64,000 nucleotides of DNA from an uncultured Planctomycetota bacterium (GCA_963849325.1 CAWKHF010000011.1:67762-131761), one strand, 5' to 3'; shown: positions 1 to 11,526, counted from the first letter of the stretch. The notes: generated by a model from the sequence alone, not told the origin. Translations and numbers: made by a program.

Positions 1-609
1 GGGGGACGCCACGACGATGTGATCCGCCAGGAGGGCTTCCTGGTCCTTGCGTCTTAGCCGCCTGCGGGTGTACTCCGCGCGGCAGTCATACGAAACACTT
101 GCCTGGGGGAACTCGGCCAATTCGGTAGCCATGATCTCTCGCCGGGTCGCGTAATGCGGGGTCGGCAAATCGTACAAACACATACGGCCAGCCGATTTCG
201 CGACCTGGAATAAGCGGAGAACAGCGTCTTCGCGACCCATCACGAGCCGGATCCCCCGATCCAGCTGCCGGCTCGCCTCACGGCCTAGCGCGGCCCCCCA
301 GAAGTCACTACCGGCAGGATCGACGCCAACCGCTCCGAGCCATTGACCGAGACGCACCCATGATTCGCTCCAGGGGTGGCAACTCATCGCACCCTTGGAA
401 ATGTTACGCAACACATGGTTCTGGGCGCGAGGAAGGAACCGCGTACCGGCAAACCGATCGAGGAACCCAAGCACCCGTGCGGCCTTCCCTTCCCCATGGA
501 AGGCCAGCGAGCAGACCAACCGGCGCAGCAACCGTCCTTCCACCAGGGCGGAAACATAGTTTCGGACGTCCTGAGACAAAGTAAGGCGCAACACATAAAA
601 CAGATGCAT
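1..609 (-). CDS. putative glycosyltransferase, N-terminal part (3' end lies beyond the left window edge)
   Basis: The minus-strand frame is open from ATG (609-607) to position 1 with no stop, so it is absent from the ORF track. My translation is MHLFYVLRLTLSQDVRNYVSALVEGRLL...RRKDQEALLADHIVVASP. The E..AD.iVv.S-like stretch and the position at the distal end of a glycan operon suggest a GT. Support is weak. Confidence 0.3.
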   Translation of the reverse strand, partial: MHLFYVLRLTLSQDVRNYVSALVEGRLLRRLVCSLAFHGEGKAARVLGFLDRFAGTRFLPRAQNHVLRNISKGAMSCHPWSESWVRLGQWLGAVGVDPAGSDFWGAALGREASRQLDRGIRLVMGREDAVLRLFQVAKSAGRMCLYDLPTPHYATRREIMATELAEFPQASVSYDCRAEYTRRRLRRKDQEALLADHIVVASP

Positions 610-702
610 TCATCGAACGACTTTACGAGTCAAGAATGTTGAGTAACCGTTCACGGGGGACGCGATTCACGCCCGGCATCCACGCCGTCTGAGTCAACGA
701 AC

Positions 703-2110
703 TCAAAACGTCTCGGACTTGGAGGGAAGTTGGGCTTTACCTTTATCCGCATCGAGGAAGAGCATCCGTCCCCTTGCGGTCGGGCCAAATCGGTCTGGTC
801 CCACAAGCAGCCGCGTGCAGACCCTTCGTACCAACTCAGTCTTCGCCTCTGTCATCCAGGCGAGAAAAGCAGCGATACCGAGGGTCAAGGCGATGATCGC
901 CACGTACAAGCTGAAAGAAGTCGGACTGAGCACCCACCGTTCGGCGCCAGGGACGCACCCTCGGCAGAAAACCAAGATCGGCAAATGGACGACATAGAGC
1001 GTAAAGGAGAAACCGGCGATCCGGGCGGCCAGTCGGGAATAAACCGACTCAGGGCAGAGTGAACGGTAGTGAAGGAGGCAATAAACGACGAAAAAGAACG
1101 CGAGAGTGGGCAAGAGTTCCGCTCCGACAAGCCCGGTCAGGATTTTTTGCCGCACCAACATCAGCGCAGGCAAAGGTCAGTATGCTAAGTCCCGTAGCCG
1201 CGCGGAGCCTAGTGGGCTTGCCGGACAAGCACTGGGGCAGCAGAGGCAGGGCGGCCCCTAAAAGCCAAACTAGGAAGTAGAAAACGTGGTTCCGGCCGAG
1301 GAAAACGAGCAGGATAGTCATCAGAAGGAAACCGGCAGCCCGTCTCCACAATGGCAGCGGGAAAACGATCGAAACAACGAGCAGAGGAAAGAGGGCGTAG
1401 TACCAACATTCGTTGCTAAGGCTCCACAGGGCGGAATTCGATCCCAACGGCGGGAACGCCACGGTCTGTAGCGCGCATAGATTGCCGAGCACAATCTGTT
1501 GCCCAAGCCGCGCCTCGACAGGACAGGGCACAGCGTTCGAAAGCGTTCCCTGGTAGACGGGACTGTCGGCGAACAGGAACAGACCCAGCCAGTCGAGGGC
1601 CAGCGTCAGCAACAGGCCAGGAACGAGGACCAGATAGATGCGGCAGCCGCGGTCGATCCCATAGGAAGACCAGGACCAGGCGCCGTCTCTGCACTTTTTA
1701 TATACACTGGCGGAAATGAAAAAACCGCTCAACACGAAGAACACCAAGACGGCCTCGTGCCCAAGACCTGTGACAGCGTAAATGAACTTTCCGACCCAAC
1801 CTACCGGATCGCCTTGGCTGTAGTCACGGAAGAACAAACTGCGGCCGTGGCCGAGGACCACAAGAATAGCAGACACGCCACGGACTGCATTCAGGTGGAT
1901 GGCGACGGCCGTCCCACGCTCGCTGGCGACGATACCGAAGCCGCTCAACAAATTGGGTGAACGCTGTCGCGTCACGTCAGAATCCTCACGCCTCAGTCTC
2001 GAAGCCTGGACGAAGTTCGGATACGGGATCGGACATTGTCGAGTACAGAGATGGCACCCGACGCAGAGCATTGCGGCTGGACGGGCGGATCCTGCCCGCT
2101 TCCACTTCAA
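703..2110 (-). CDS. acyltransferase family 3 (OafA-like O-acyltransferase), interrupted by one frameshift near 1175
   Basis: ORFs 1049..2110 and 703..1173 (same strand, different frames) join into one polytopic protein. Family-typical segments include AIHLNAVRGVSAILVVLGH, VLVFFVLSGFFIS and SLSNECWYYALFPLL, then FTLYVVHLPILVF in the second frame. The tail of the first ORF reads as out-of-frame junk. The true start is uncertain (about 1975-2110). Confidence 0.7.
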
Positions 2111-3399
2111 AGGTCGCCAGGACCATCACTCCGACTGTCCAGGCATAGAAGCAGCCTACATGGTTGAACACCAGCAGATTGCCCACGAAGAAGAAGCCGA
2201 GAGTCAACAGACTGGTCGCTTGTAAATTCGGGAACAGGGAATGAGGTTGAAATCGCTCCCGAATGAAGGCCTGCCAAACCTCCAACAGAAACGCCATACG
2301 TATGATCAACACTCCCAACAATCCCACGAACCCGACCTCGACAATGATCCGCCCATATTCCATTTCAAACAAGGCCTCCTTTGGTAGCTCTCCTGCTCCA
2401 CCCGCACTTTGAGTCTCGCAAGTCTGGCACCGACCGAGGCCGAGTCCGAACGGTGCAACCTCCAGAGCGCCAAAGAAATGATCGATATACATCTGGATCC
2501 GCTGCTCCATCGAATCCGCTTTCGAATGTCGGCGGAAGGTTTCGGTAGCCAGTCCGGGTTCACCGTCCGTGATCGCATCGAAGGAAAGAATCGGCCATAC
2601 CGGAAGGACGAGGGCCACGAAGAGTGCGATGATCCAGGGCCCGCCGCGACTCAGAATGATAGTACCTGCCAGCACGATCAGGGAAGCGAACAGGCCTAGG
2701 CGAGAGATGGCGGCTGCGGCACAACTGAGAGCAGCGACGAGGATGGCGATTCCCAACAGCTTGGACTTCCGACCCGAGAAAAAAAAGGAGCAGGCTGTCC
2801 ACGTCCCAAGCACGGACAAATCCATCATCCCGCCGATGTACACGAATGGCCCACAGGCGCGACACGTGCGAATCGGACTCGAGGACATGGTGCTGGTCAT
2901 CGAGCTGCCGATTCAGAAAGTGGGAAGGCGGGACGTTGAACTGAATCGCGCCAAGCAGGGCGGAGCCGACGCAGAGCACCCCGATCACCTTGCCAAGAAA
3001 CTCCAGGTCGCGGACCTTCCCCACGGCGGGTGCGATGACGAGGGCCAGGAGGGGCATTCCAATCATCGCTTTGAAAGACACGATCCCTCCGATTAGCGCT
3101 ATGTCGAAGAGGTGGCTCAGGATCCCAACCACGATGAGGCCCACCCCCAAAAGAAAGGGCGAGCGCAGCCCGATGACCTGCTCAGACGATTCCCTGTGGC
3201 GCGAGGCGGTCAGCGCTGCCAGGATCCAGAACACGTCCTTGGCAAAATAGGTGATCGCCTGAACCGCTCCTCCCGAATTGGGCAGTACCCACTTCCGCAC
3301 CACTCCGTCCAGGGTGCAGCAAATGAGACCGGCGGCAAGCAACTTGGCCGTCAGGGAAATCGGAACGACCGCGGACGTAGGACCGGATTGTTGCGGCAC
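1986..3399 (-). CDS. Wzy/O-antigen-ligase-like polytopic membrane protein (polysaccharide polymerase), one frameshift near 2880
   Basis: ORF 2560..3399 is credible for about 170 aa of TM helices, then continues in ORF 1986..2900. There are more than 10 hydrophobic segments and one large loop (..RHSKADSMEQRIQMYIDHFFGALEVAPFGLGLG..). The call rests on architecture and operon context. Confidence 0.55.
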
Positions 3400-3405
3400 C
3401 TCGAT

Positions 3406-4566
3406 CTACTCCCTTTTGCATCCTGAACCAGCTTCCCCGTCAACGGCAAAGAGTTGCATTCTCTCCACAGCTTCCCGAGCCAGTCGGTCCCAGCTGCAGG
3501 TTTGCTCCACGTGTCGCCGCAACATTTTTTGCCGGCAGCTTGTTTCCGGAGAACGAACGGACGACCAATCCCACTCTTCCGCCGAAAAGACAGGAAGTTC
3601 CTGGTCGTCCTTATCGACAGGGCCCGGTGGAACAATGACAGCCAGCCCGGCAGCTCCGAATGCCTTGAACGCGGTACTTTTTCCCAAATCACTGCGCGGT
3701 GTGGCGCAAAGGCCAACGTCGCAACACGCCAGGATCTCGGCGACTTCCTTGGTCGGGCGGTAGCCGAGGACCTCAAAGGAGGCCGGGCGGGCGAATTTCC
3801 TACGCCACTCGGAAAACGCTCCCGGGGGCTGAAGGCTGTCGCCGCCGAGGCAGATGATCCGATCCAGTCCGCGGCCGAGGCCGCGCGTTAGCAGATCTTC
3901 AAAAGTCCTCAAAGCCATAAGCTGAGTCCCGAAGGAACCAAAGGCCGCCGCGACAACCTCGCCGTCCTCCCAACCAAGCCTCTTCCGCCCTGTCTGCCGC
4001 TGTTGGGGTGTAGCCGGCTCGATCGGAATGTTGGTGCCGACAGGAAGCAGGAAGGCGCGCTCCGCTGGGATCCCATATTCCGCAATGGCCTGTTCCCGGT
4101 AGCGAGCGATGGAGGCGAAAACCACGTCCCCCAGGCGAGCCACGGTCCCCACGGTGTAACGCTGCCACGGCGACAAAAGCGGCCCCTTGATTCCCAGCTG
4201 ATGAGGACGGCAGTGGGTCTCGTGAAGGTAGATCGCCAGGCGGACTTTTCCCACCGAATGCCTCAATCCGCGCAGGGCCTTCCCGAGCAGATAGGGAGCC
4301 CCCCAGCGGGAATAGCCGTAACCGGAGACCTGGACCCAAAGCCAGTCGGGGTTTTGCCGGTCAACACATTCCCGCAGCGATTTCTTCCCTCCATCCCAGA
4401 AATCCACCTCTCCCTCGGGAAGATCAAACTCCGTTTGTCGATCTTGGTGGATAAACCCAACTCTTACACCCTGACCCAGCATGGTCTCGGCCATCCTTTG
4501 GGTGTGGTCCCCCACGCCGCATACCCGGGGTGGAAAACGCGGGGCCAGAAAGGTTACCTTGATCAT
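3406..4566 (-). CDS. glycosyltransferase, GT-B group 1 (GT4-like)
   Basis: Intact 386-aa ORF. The N-terminus is MIKVTFLAPRFPPRVCGVGDHT. The C-terminal half carries the donor-binding style region ..ILACCDVGLCATPRSDLGKSTAFKAFGAAGLAVIV... There is a 6-nt gap to the Wzy-like gene. Confidence 0.7.
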   Translation of the reverse strand: MIKVTFLAPRFPPRVCGVGDHTQRMAETMLGQGVRVGFIHQDRQTEFDLPEGEVDFWDGGKKSLRECVDRQNPDWLWVQVSGYGYSRWGAPYLLGKALRGLRHSVGKVRLAIYLHETHCRPHQLGIKGPLLSPWQRYTVGTVARLGDVVFASIARYREQAIAEYGIPAERAFLLPVGTNIPIEPATPQQRQTGRKRLGWEDGEVVAAAFGSFGTQLMALRTFEDLLTRGLGRGLDRIICLGGDSLQPPGAFSEWRRKFARPASFEVLGYRPTKEVAEILACCDVGLCATPRSDLGKSTAFKAFGAAGLAVIVPPGPVDKDDQELPVFSAEEWDWSSVRSPETSCRQKMLRRHVEQTCSWDRLAREAVERMQLFAVDGEAGSGCKRE

Positions 4567-4643
4567 GCCTTGTTCCGCTGCCCCATCGACCTCGCCTGGC
4601 TATTCGCGCCGCGACATTTCAAGTGGAACGGCATAGCAGTTCA

Positions 4644-4738
4644 TAAGAGGCTCTAACAAAATGTGGCAACACGTTTTCAACGTGTTGGATTGTACGGCAC
4701 GTTACAAACGTGCCGCCACATTCGGTTCGTGCCTCTAA
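4644..4738. repeat. 95-nt nested-hairpin element, copy A (inverted partner at 11527..11621)
   Basis: TAAGAGGCTCTAACAAAATGTGGCAACACGTTTTCAACGTGTTGGATTGTACGGCACGTTACAAACGTGCCGCCACATTCGGTTCGTGCCTCTAA. Outer stem is AGAGGC/GCCTCT and the second stem is AATGTGG/CCACATT. Two 9-bp hairpins follow: CAACACGTT-TTC-AACGTGTTG and CGGCACGTT-ACA-AACGTGCCG. It lies in the 213-nt gap between two GT genes. Confidence 0.85.
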
Positions 4739-4779
4739 GCGCCACGAAACCGGGCTTGTCGGCAAAACGTGAGGGTCTC

Positions 4780-5908
4780 TTACTTTCGCATTTGGGTCTG
4801 GGCAATTGCGGCGCTCGCGGCCCTCAAGAACTGGTCTGCCGACCGCCTCCAGGAAAATGATCGCGCCTTCTCTCGGGCGGCCGCGCCGAGACGAGCTACA
4901 AGGGCTGGCTCCTCGATGAGTCGGAGGATACACGCGGTCAGGGCATCCGGCTCGCCTGGTTCGACCAGCATCCCATTCTCCTCGTGGCGGATGAAGTCTT
5001 TCATTCCACAGGTGTTCGTGGTCACGAGGGCCAACTCGGCGGCAGCGGCTTCGAGAAGGCTGAGCGGTTGGCCCTCGAACACCGAGGGAAGCAGGAAAAT
5101 GCGATGGACCTGCAGTATCCGCGCCAGTTCCTTATCATCCTGGATCAAGGGGACAACCCGAATGCGATGGTGAAGTTCGCGTGGAAAACATGCAAGGACT
5201 TTCTCGATTGGCACCCGGACCCCGGCCAAGGTCACGGGAGTCGCGGGGTGTTTCTCGAGCACTCGAACGACGGCGGGAACCAGATCGAGGGTTCCCTTTC
5301 GCTCCATCCAGGTAGCGACGAACAGGATGCCCGTCGGAGCGCCATCATCGTCCCGCTTCAGGTCGAACAAGGAAGGAGATGCCGCTCCATGCAGGAAACT
5401 GATTCGCTCGGCGGGAACATGCAGCTGGCACCGTATATATTCCGCGTCCTCCTCCGTTTCGACGGTGATGTGGTCCGCGTGCCGAAGAGCATAATTCGAT
5501 TGCCACAGCACCGGCAAAGAGCCGATCCGCTGCTTGCACGTAATCGGCAACCCCTTCTTGCGCATAAGCGTACATCAGCTTCCGTCCCCGGGCCTCCACG
5601 CCATAGACACACACAAGGAGCGGGGGAAGCGCCCGGTCGAACCGGCGGGCGAAGGCATACGCCGCGGCGATCGGTTCATGGATTTCCACCGCATCATACT
5701 TGTGCCCTCCCGAGAGCCTTTCCCGGACGAGCCGGACGACGGCTCGGGGAAGGGCGAAGCGGCGGAGTCGTCCCGTGGTCCGGCAGGGGATGTGGTCGTG
5801 AAACGCATGGTCGATCCCATGCCCCTCGGCACGAAGTTCATCCGAGACGAAATGGATGTACCGCGACATTCCGCCAAGACGATCGTCCGGGATGTCGGCG
5901 ACGCGCAA
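4780..5908 (-). CDS. glycosyltransferase group 1, one frameshift near 5530
   Basis: ORF 5345..5908 gives the N-terminal half (MRVADIPDDRLGGMSRYIHFVSDEL..). ORF 4780..5565 gives the C-terminal half (..ILFVATWMERKGTLDL.., ..IFLLPSVFEGQPLSLLEAAAAELALVTTNTCGMKDFI.. with an EX7E-type motif). Confidence 0.75.
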
Positions 5909-5950
5909 AAAAATTCATGAAGTCCCCAAAATGTCCGTCTTACATAGCAA

Positions 5951-6791
5951 TCAAAAGGTTGCCCGAGCAGGATGCCAGTAAAGCAAATGACCTTCTTTCA
6001 CCAGGCAGTTTTCTACCCCGTCCAGGTTCTCCACCCGATATCCCAAGTTCGTCAAGCTGGCGAATCGATCTTCCACTTGCTCTCGACTCAGACCGAGTTC
6101 CCGCCAGTAGTGCGGGTGAGTTTCGATGAGGAGGTCCGGGGTAGATCGTTGGATCGTTTCTCGGGCGCCATCAAGCACGTGCCCTTCATATCCTTCGAAC
6201 GTCGATCTTGAGGAACGTGGGGACAATCCCGCGAGACTGACAAAAGGCGTCCACGGTGGTGACGGGGACAAGCTGAGAGTCTCCGCCGGGAACGGCGGAG
6301 GCGGCGACCGAAGCGTGCCCGGGACATTTGGCCGTGTAGTGGAACAGGATCTCTCCGACGGTGTTTCCGACCGCGGACTGGATTACCTCGACTCGATCCG
6401 CTAACTGATTCAGGTTGACGTGATGTCGCAACCTGTCCGCGGTCTGGATCGCCGGCTCGAAGGCAAACACCTTCCCGGCGGCCCCCACCCATCGCGCCAG
6501 AAGCAGAGCGTACATCCCCACGTTCGCCCCCAGATCCAGAACGACCGCTCCCTCGCGAACACGTTTTTTCATGGCACGGAAGCTGCCCTCGTCTTTGTCC
6601 TCGGGAACATCGCGGGCCTGCAGGGAGAAGAACAAGGCCGGCTCGCCGTGAATGTATCGAGGTATCCCTCCGCGGTAGAATAGGCTGAGCAAACGATGGT
6701 ACGCGGGGCGAGTCGTTGCGACCATCCAGCCCAATCCCGTCGAGTTCAACCCCCGCCGCGCCCTCTCGAAGATGCGTTCAACTATATGCAT
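5951..6791 (-). CDS. FkbM-family SAM-dependent methyltransferase, one frameshift near 6200
   Basis: ORF 6186..6791 contains VVLDLGANVGMYALLLA (SAM-binding G-x-G) and ends ..FLKIDV. ORF 5951..6271 resumes ..EGYEGHVLDGARETIQ... Together these restore the FkbM signature KIDVEG.E..VL.G. Confidence 0.75.
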
Positions 6792-6858
6792 AGGTTGTAG
6801 CTACCCGTCGCGGACGCTCCGGTCTAATGAGTTGAGAAATATTCAAGACCGGATATCG

Positions 6859-7464
6859 TCATGCTCCGGCCTGAAGCACGGTGAGAGAATCAACCTCATC
6901 AATGACGGCGAAGCGAGGGTCCAGCCGGATCACTTCTTGCGTATACCGAATGCTATCTTGCGGAACGTCCTTGCCCGAGCACGGGCGACTGTCATGGAGA
7001 GCGATAATCCCGCCGGACCCAACCAGCGAGGACCATCCCTTCCAATCGGCATCGATGCCTGCCCACGTGTGGTCCCCATCAATGAAAATAAAATCGATGG
7101 GCGGTTGGTCCTGTTCGGCGTACCAGGCCGCCGCATCCGCTCCGGTCAGGCGGACGAAGCGAACCGCGCCGTTCGCGGATCGCCCGATCGTGTTCCGGGA
7201 GATCCGTTCATCCAAACAGAAGCCGAGTCGTCCCGGTGGAAACGGGTCCACGGCCCAGAGGATCCCGTCCGAGGCCATGTTCCGGCGAAGTTCCAGGGTG
7301 GTCACACCGTTGAAGACCCCGATTTCGACCAGGCGGCGTCGTCCCGTTGCATGTCGTGCCAGGGTGGCTCGTTCGGCGGAGGTCGTCTGCGTCTGAGGCT
7401 TCAGGAGACCGCAGTACCAAAGCATGGTTCGGACAGCGGTTCGGTGTCTGAGATTCAATTTCAC
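6859..7464 (-). CDS. class I SAM-dependent methyltransferase (Methyltransf_24/CmcI-like)
   Basis: Intact 201-aa ORF with RLVEIGVFNGVTTLEL (motif I) and IDFIFIDGDHTWAGIDADW. Confidence 0.7.
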   Translation of the reverse strand: MKLNLRHRTAVRTMLWYCGLLKPQTQTTSAERATLARHATGRRRLVEIGVFNGVTTLELRRNMASDGILWAVDPFPPGRLGFCLDERISRNTIGRSANGAVRFVRLTGADAAAWYAEQDQPPIDFIFIDGDHTWAGIDADWKGWSSLVGSGGIIALHDSRPCSGKDVPQDSIRYTQEVIRLDPRFAVIDEVDSLTVLQAGA

Positions 7465-7678
7465 GGGAACCTCCGTATGCCATCAGGGGGTGGCCTCATC
7501 CGGGCAGGCTCGACCCGATGAATTCCACAGTGTCCCTCGTCTTGATTGACGGGTGCTGCGATACCCGTCGCTGAAACTCCAGAATGGTGATTCATTCCGT
7601 TAGTCGTTATTATTTCAATTGTCTAACCGGAGAAATATTTGCTATTTATTGTCGATGAAACTTTCCACTTCGCATTTT

Positions 7679-9070
7679 TCACTTCTCGATGTGGATGGAT
7701 GCCGTGGAAGGCGGCGGGTCGAGAACCTGTGTCTGACGTGCAACTCGCAGTCCAAGCCAGGCATCGAGAATATAGATCGGCAGCGGGGCAGCGGCAGTCA
7801 CAAGTCCGAACACTAATATGTCATGAAATCGGCGCAGGTCGAGATAGAGTGCCGCAACCACCTGCAAGCCGAGAATGGCCGGGATGACCCCGAAGGACTG
7901 CACGCGAATCCACGCTCTGGTTAAATTCAAGTGCTGCATGGACACGCCTACTTGAGCCACACATCCTCCAGCTACCACCCAGGTACATTCTTCTCTCAAG
8001 CCCTGGTATTTACCGCCAAGAAGCCACAACAAAGGTTCGGGATAAATCCAGGCAACCAACAGAAGTGGTGTAAGCGCGAGTGAGGTACACACCATCAAAA
8101 TAACATAAAGGCGAGACAATCGTCGAGGATCTTGACACCGGGCAAATCGCGGTCCAATAACATTCAAGAACATTATACTGAAGATTCCGAATAATGTGGC
8201 AAGACGTCCCGGCGCTGTCACGTCCGCAATGCCGGTCGGCGACCCCAACACTGCAAGAATAAATAGGGTGAGTTGGCCTTGCATGCAATAGAATAATGTG
8301 TTGGGAAGAGATTTCACGGAGAGACGCAATAATTCACTGCGGTCATTATAATTGGGCGGTGCGGTATCGTCGGCCTTCTCGCGCGCCCATCGACGGTAGA
8401 CCACGTTTTGCAGGAAGTTGCCGACGACGCCGACGAACACCGCGAGAACGGCGTTTATCCAGGTTACAGCAAGAATGGCAACGAGGCCGAGCCGCAGCAG
8501 CGCCGTTCCGAGGTCGAGCTTCTGATTGCGGCGGTATTCACCATGGAGTAAAGGACTTATGGCCCAAACCGATGAACCCAATATCAGAAACCCTCCCGTG
8601 GCGATGGCAAGGCAAAGAAAGATCGTTTGCCCTGGTGAAGCTCCATTGTGCCACAGCATCCAGGCGGCGATCGGGAGCCAAATACTAAACGAAATGGAGG
8701 CGAACAACTTCCGTAAACCGATCGCCGTATTGAGCAACTGGCCAAAACGATAAGGGTCTCCCCAAACACGGCCCCCAATCGACCGAACACCTATTCCAAT
8801 ACCCAAGTCAGCCATCACGGTGCAATTGGTTAACATGGAGTTTGCTATTGCGAATAGCGCGTATTGAGGCTTGTCAAGATATCGTACCATTATTAATCCC
8901 GTAAACGCTAAAAGAAACTGGACAACCCCTTGAACGGCCCCAAAATTCAGTAGCCGTAAGGCCCATCGGGAGAGCCAGAGAATGTGATTGCCCCACTCCT
9001 GGTTCTTTGAGATAATTGGATTATGTGGAGTTGAATTATTTGTTACCAACATGCATTCGTTTTTTTTCAA
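7679..9070 (-). CDS. Wzx-like oligosaccharide flippase (MOP superfamily polysaccharide biosynthesis protein)
   Basis: Intact 463-aa ORF made almost entirely of hydrophobic helices (about 12-14 TM). It sits inside a glycan operon and has visibly lower GC than its neighbours. Confidence 0.6.
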   Translation of the reverse strand: MKKNECMLVTNNSTPHNPIISKNQEWGNHILWLSRWALRLLNFGAVQGVVQFLLAFTGLIMVRYLDKPQYALFAIANSMLTNCTVMADLGIGIGVRSIGGRVWGDPYRFGQLLNTAIGLRKLFASISFSIWLPIAAWMLWHNGASPGQTIFLCLAIATGGFLILGSSVWAISPLLHGEYRRNQKLDLGTALLRLGLVAILAVTWINAVLAVFVGVVGNFLQNVVYRRWAREKADDTAPPNYNDRSELLRLSVKSLPNTLFYCMQGQLTLFILAVLGSPTGIADVTAPGRLATLFGIFSIMFLNVIGPRFARCQDPRRLSRLYVILMVCTSLALTPLLLVAWIYPEPLLWLLGGKYQGLREECTWVVAGGCVAQVGVSMQHLNLTRAWIRVQSFGVIPAILGLQVVAALYLDLRRFHDILVFGLVTAAAPLPIYILDAWLGLRVARQTQVLDPPPSTASIHIEK

Positions 9071-9151
9071 TGAGCTGCACCCTACCGATCGCGCCGGTAG
9101 TAACGATTCGCCGGCCGGGTTCGAGAACGATGGACACGCGAACCGTGAGAT

Positions 9152-10438
9152 TCAGACCCGTGCCTCCAGGACCATTTCGATCGGGGTCGATGGCTGAACC
9201 GCCGTGGCGCCCTGAGGTAATAGCTGCATCAGTTCGCGGTGCCAGCCGTCCATGACGCGGCTTCGGGAGAAGTGCTCCTGGTAAACGCGCTGACAGTGGC
9301 GTTGCATTTCCGCGAGGGTCTCGGGGGTCGAGGCCACGGAGCGCAGCTGCGCGACGACCTCGCCTTGAGTTTGGGAGTCCAGAACCCAGCCGACCCCATA
9401 TTCCTCGATCCAGCGGGCGATGGCGGCGTCGCGCGGGCCGGCGAAGAGCACCGGCCGACCCGCCGCCAGCGCCCGAAAAACTTGGAGGGCACGACCATCC
9501 CCGACCACTCCGGACGCAGGCTCACCAGGTGAATGTCCGCCGCGGCCAGCCGTTTGCCGAGCATGGACTCGGGCGCGAAGCCCGCCAGACTAATGTTCGT
9601 GTCGTCGGCCCGCAGGGCCGCACGCAACTCCTCGGCCCGATTGCCGCGGACACCGAAGCAGAAGTGGACTCCGTCGCCGCGCAGCCGCCGGGCCAGTTCC
9701 AGAAAATCGTTGAAAGAATGGGCCCGCCCGAAGTTGCCCGAGTACAGCAGTCCCAGAGGCCGATCGCCGAACAACTCGCGGCGAATCGCCGGGTCGGGCC
9801 GATCCAAATGGTCCGGCTCGACCAAGGCCCAAGGAACCAGCGTCACTTTGCGGGCGGCATGGTGGTACGATTCCAGCCGGCGACGCATACAGACTGCCCA
9901 GATCGGCGATCAAATCGCAGGAACCGTAAGCGGCCCGTAGCAGAGGGCGAAGAGCACGGGCCAACCAGCCGCCGGAGGTCATCAGCCCCTCGGCGATGGC
10001 GATCTCCGGGTACAGGTCGAAGCACCAGTGAGCCAGGCGGATGCGCGGACGAAGCTTCCGCAGTACCAGGGCGACCAGCACACTCAGCACCGGGTCGGTG
10101 CCGATGAGCACGACGTCGGGAGCCTTGCGGCGGCTGCGCAGGGCCAGGCGGCACCAGGACGTCAGCATCCACAGGGCGTTCAGCACCCGCCCCACCCCGG
10201 AAGCCTGACGAAGCCGCGGCCTCCAGACCCTGCGAATGGTCAACCCTTTCCAGTCTTCGCGCAGGGGGTAGGAGACGGAATCGTCGCGGCAGCCCCGATT
10301 GCAGGGCAGGGCCTCCACCTGCCAGCCCCGCTCCTGTAAGGCCTCGCAGAACTGCGTCAGGTGCCGGGCGGAAACAACGTCGTCGGGGTGAAAGTAGTGA
10401 TAGAGAACCGCAATCTTCGGCCGACCGTTTGGTCCCAT
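9152..10438 (-). CDS. glycosyltransferase family 4 (WcaI/WbuB-like), two frameshifts (about 9890 and 9475)
   Basis: Three overlapping minus ORFs (9590..10573, 9229..9888, 9152..9508) join as MGPNGRPKIAVLYHYFHPDDVVSARHL.. / ..LGLLYSGNFGRAHSFNDFLELA.. / ..ALAAGRPVLFAGPRDAAIARWIEEYGVGW... ATG at 10438-10436. Confidence 0.75.
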
Positions 10439-10475
10439 TGGTCCCTCGCTCGCGCCCTTGCAACGATGTTCCCGA

Positions 10476-11499
10476 TCAACCCACAAGGCACGATTTCCGC
10501 GCGGCCACCTGGTCGTAAATCCAGGCGTAGGTCTGCTCCAGCCCGTCGCGCGAGGCGCGTCGCCGGCGCCCAAGTCAGCAACGCCTTAATCCGCGTGTTG
10601 TCGCTGTTGCGGCCGTTGACCCCTTTGGGGGCACTGAGGTTGTAACGGCGCTTCAGCTTGAATGCCGGCGATGTCCTCGACCAGATCGACCAGCTGGTTG
10701 ATGGTCACCAGTTCGTCGCTGCCGAGGTTGATCGGTTCGGCGATGTCGCTGTGCGGGATCGTCCTGCGTGCCCTTGATGCAGTCTTCGATGTACATGAAG
10801 CTACGGGTCTGCTGTCCGTCGCCCCAGATCTCGATGTCGCGGCGGCCGGATAACTTCGCCTCGGCCACTTTCCGGCAAATCGCGGCCGGCGCCTTCTCGC
10901 GGCCGCCCTCCCAGGTGCCGTGCGGGCCGTAGACGTTGTGGTAGCGCGCGATGCGGGTGATCACACCAAAATCCTCGCGGAAGTGGCGGCACATGCGCTC
11001 GCTGAACAGCTTTTCCCAGCCGTAGCCGTCCTCGGGCATGGCGGGGTAGGCGTCCTCTTCCCTCAGGGGGACCACCTGGGGAGACGTTTGTTTGTCCGCG
11101 GCGTACACGCAGGCCGACGAGGCGTAGAAGAAGCGGCGCACCTCCTGTCGTCGGGCGGCCATCAGCAGGTGCGTGTTGATGAGGACCGAGAGCATACATC
11201 GGGCCTTGTTGTTTTCGATGAACCCCATGCCGCCCATGTCGGCCGCAAGGTTGTAAACCTCCTCGGCTCCTTGCAAGGCCGCCTCGCAGTCGTCCGCTTC
11301 CTGAAGATCCAACTGCCGGTTGTCTACTTCGGGGAAGAGTTGCCACCACTCTTCCAGGGGCTTGCAGTCCACGGCGCGGATAGGCCGAGGATCTCGGCAA
11401 GAGAGCGGCAACCAGGTGACCGCCGATGAACCCGCCCGCACCTGTCACGACAACCACGTTGTTCTTCTTCACGAGTTTTTCTCCCGCGAACTGGGCCAA
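10476..11499 (-). CDS. NAD-dependent sugar epimerase, GDP-mannose 3,5-epimerase-like; at least 4 frameshifts
   Basis: VVVTGAGGFIGGHLV (Rossmann) at the N-terminus. A long block follows: NLAADMGGMGFIENNKARCM..RRFFYASSACVY..EDGYGWEKLFSE..RYHNVYGPHGTWEGGREKAPAAICRK..IWGDGQQTRSF.YIEDC. It matches plant and bacterial GME nearly motif for motif. By hand translation the C-terminus (PINLGSDELVTINQLVDLVEDIAGIKLKRRYNLSAPKGVNGRNSDNTRIKALL.W.P...LRDGLEQTYAWIYDQV) is recovered only by switching frame near 11400, 10757, 10660 and 10555. Confidence 0.8.
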
Positions 11500-11526
11500 T
11501 CGAATCGACGCAAGTAGGTAATCCGT

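Noticed and set aside
4663-4860. ORFs 4663..4860 (+) and 11324..11602 (-) sharing the N-terminus MATRFQRVGLYGTLQTCRHIR
   Set aside because: The shared peptide is just the translation of the two inverted copies of the 95-nt structured repeat. The downstream parts are unrelated and overlap real genes.
4739-11526. Composite transposon or recombinase-driven invertible segment bounded by the 95-nt inverted repeats
   Set aside because: There is no transposase, integrase or invertase inside or adjacent, and no target-site duplication that I can see. I keep it only as one hypothesis under the repeat finding.
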